The notes under the pieces were generated by a model. The model worked only from the letters and a program-made list of their open reading frames with translations, was not told where the DNA came from and searched no databases. A program made the position numbers and the translations under genes. A stretch of 64,000 bases of DNA from Magallana gigas (Eukaryota): the NCBI RefSeq assembly GCF_963853765.1, contig NC_088854.1, positions 56,358,001-56,422,000 of the forward strand, read 5' to 3'. Positions within the stretch are counted from its first letter, which is position 1, and each line of letters begins with the position of its first letter. This document shows, one piece after another, positions 62,609 through 64,000 of this stretch.

Positions 62609-63993
62609 ATGAAGAAATTCGACCTCCGAAATATAATATTGATGATGGTATTTTACATGACCTTACCGAGAGCATTGAAAGCCAAGAAATGTTAGTTTAA
62701 GACATCGGTTTCGGGCAGATACAGATTTTTTTTTTATTAAGCTTCCTGAATACTGACTGCAACCATAGTAAATTGTTGGTACTTGTAATGTATAACAAAT
62801 AACAATTCAATTTAAGACTTATTTTTCAAAGCAGTTTTAAATTTGCTGCATCCTGCATGCTAAAGGAAACGATTTTCCAATTCATCATCTTATTCGAGGA
62901 TAAAAATGTGCAACAGCTGAATTTTGAAACGTTATTGAATGGAATTATCAATGTTTGTAGATGCAATGGATGAAAAGTGCGGCAAAACAATCACAATGGA
63001 TGGAAAGATTTTTCACTCGGCCAACATCCAGCAAACCTTCAGAAATAACTACGCTCTGAACACCAGGTGTCGCGTGCTGTTTGAGACGATGGAGCCCTAC
63101 CGCTTCATCATTGTGTTTAAGCGGCTGGACATCGAGTTCGAACCCCTGTGTGACGATGACAATCTCCAGATCTTCGACGGAAACAGTACGTCACATCCAA
63201 CTATTACAGGTAAGGTAAGGTCGAGCCCTGGCGCCATCAAAGTTAGAAGACTCACTTTTGTCTTACTTCTGGTACGGAAAAAGGGAGACTTGCATCAAAA
63301 GAAATATTTTCCACGATTTGATTCTCCGCTTTCAATGACCTTAAAACTATGTTAAGTCTCGGATGAGCTTACTATTGGAGCATGCCAAACTTCCTGGTCA
63401 TAGATTTCCGCGAGTCAATGACCAGTTGTGAATATTTGCCTTTGCAGATGCACAATGGTTTTAAAAACCTCTAGTTCTTGGAATGCATGTACATGTACAT
63501 GTAGCATGCACATTATCAAAATCGTTTGTTGTTTAGGATTACCATCCAGGATATGTGGACAAGAGCGACCCCCTGGTTCCTATGTATCTACATCCAGCCA
63601 GATTATGATGGCGTTCCACAGCGATTTCTATGACGTAAGAGACGGGTTTGAAATCACGCTGACTACTTTTAGAGAACGTATGTACCTTGATTTCTAGCTG
63701 CTCTCTCTCTCTCTCTCTCTCTCTCTGGTATCAACTCTGACTGTATACACGTATTTCTCCCTATGTCAGCGCCATGTGAGGGCGAGGAGGAGTTTAGGTG
63801 TAGGAATGGCCGCTGTATCTCGGCGCTGCTCCATTGTGACGGCACCAACAACTGCGGGGACTACACCGACGAGTGTCAGTGGACCGCGGGGGTGCTGGTC
63901 GGAATCCTTGGGGGCGTGCTGTTCCTGACCATAGCGGGCATTGTGGCCGTCAGATTTGGGAGAAAGAAAAGGCTGCTTAAAATGCCGAGAAAG
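62609..63993 (+). CDS. Type I membrane protein with signal peptide, CUB, LDLa and TM domains; 3' end runs off the window
   Basis: Exons 62609-62690, 62961-63209, 63537-63677, 63770-63993 (donor gtgagt follows). CUB (CGKTIT...C...FKRLDIE...[11 protein letters not shown]...F.SD...GF), LDLa ([34 protein letters not shown]), TM helix, basic stop-transfer. Confidence 0.85.
63701..63726 (+). repeat. (CT)n microsatellite
   Basis: Directly visible. Confidence 0.95.
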
Positions 63994-64000
63994 GTGAGTG

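Overview
AT-rich eukaryotic genomic DNA with GT-AG introns. It is probably a bivalve such as an oyster; this is inferred from the repeat families, not proven. I assembled gene models by hand from splice sites and reading-frame phase. From left to right they are: a head-to-head pair of intronless RNF26-like RING genes; an NCS-1/frequenin-like calcium sensor (7 coding exons, 7640-31656) whose 12.9-kb third intron holds a same-strand intronless repeat-protein ORF and a Helentron-type element with a satellite array; POFUT1 (minus); Drosha (minus, 31 exons); selenoprotein J (plus); an intronless RING-H2 gene split by a one-base frameshift; TSEN15; and a partial CUB-LDLa-TM receptor. The main points are: (1) a 98-bp hairpin MITE with a 9-bp target-site duplication inside a POFUT1 coding exon, which creates a premature stop; (2) an in-frame UGA in the SelJ gene with a well-formed type II SECIS candidate about 760 bp into the 3' region; (3) the nested same-strand gene encoding an unrecognised tandem peptide repeat. 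There are no prokaryotic features, CRISPR arrays or rRNA. No wholly new multi-gene system is demonstrable from the sequence alone.
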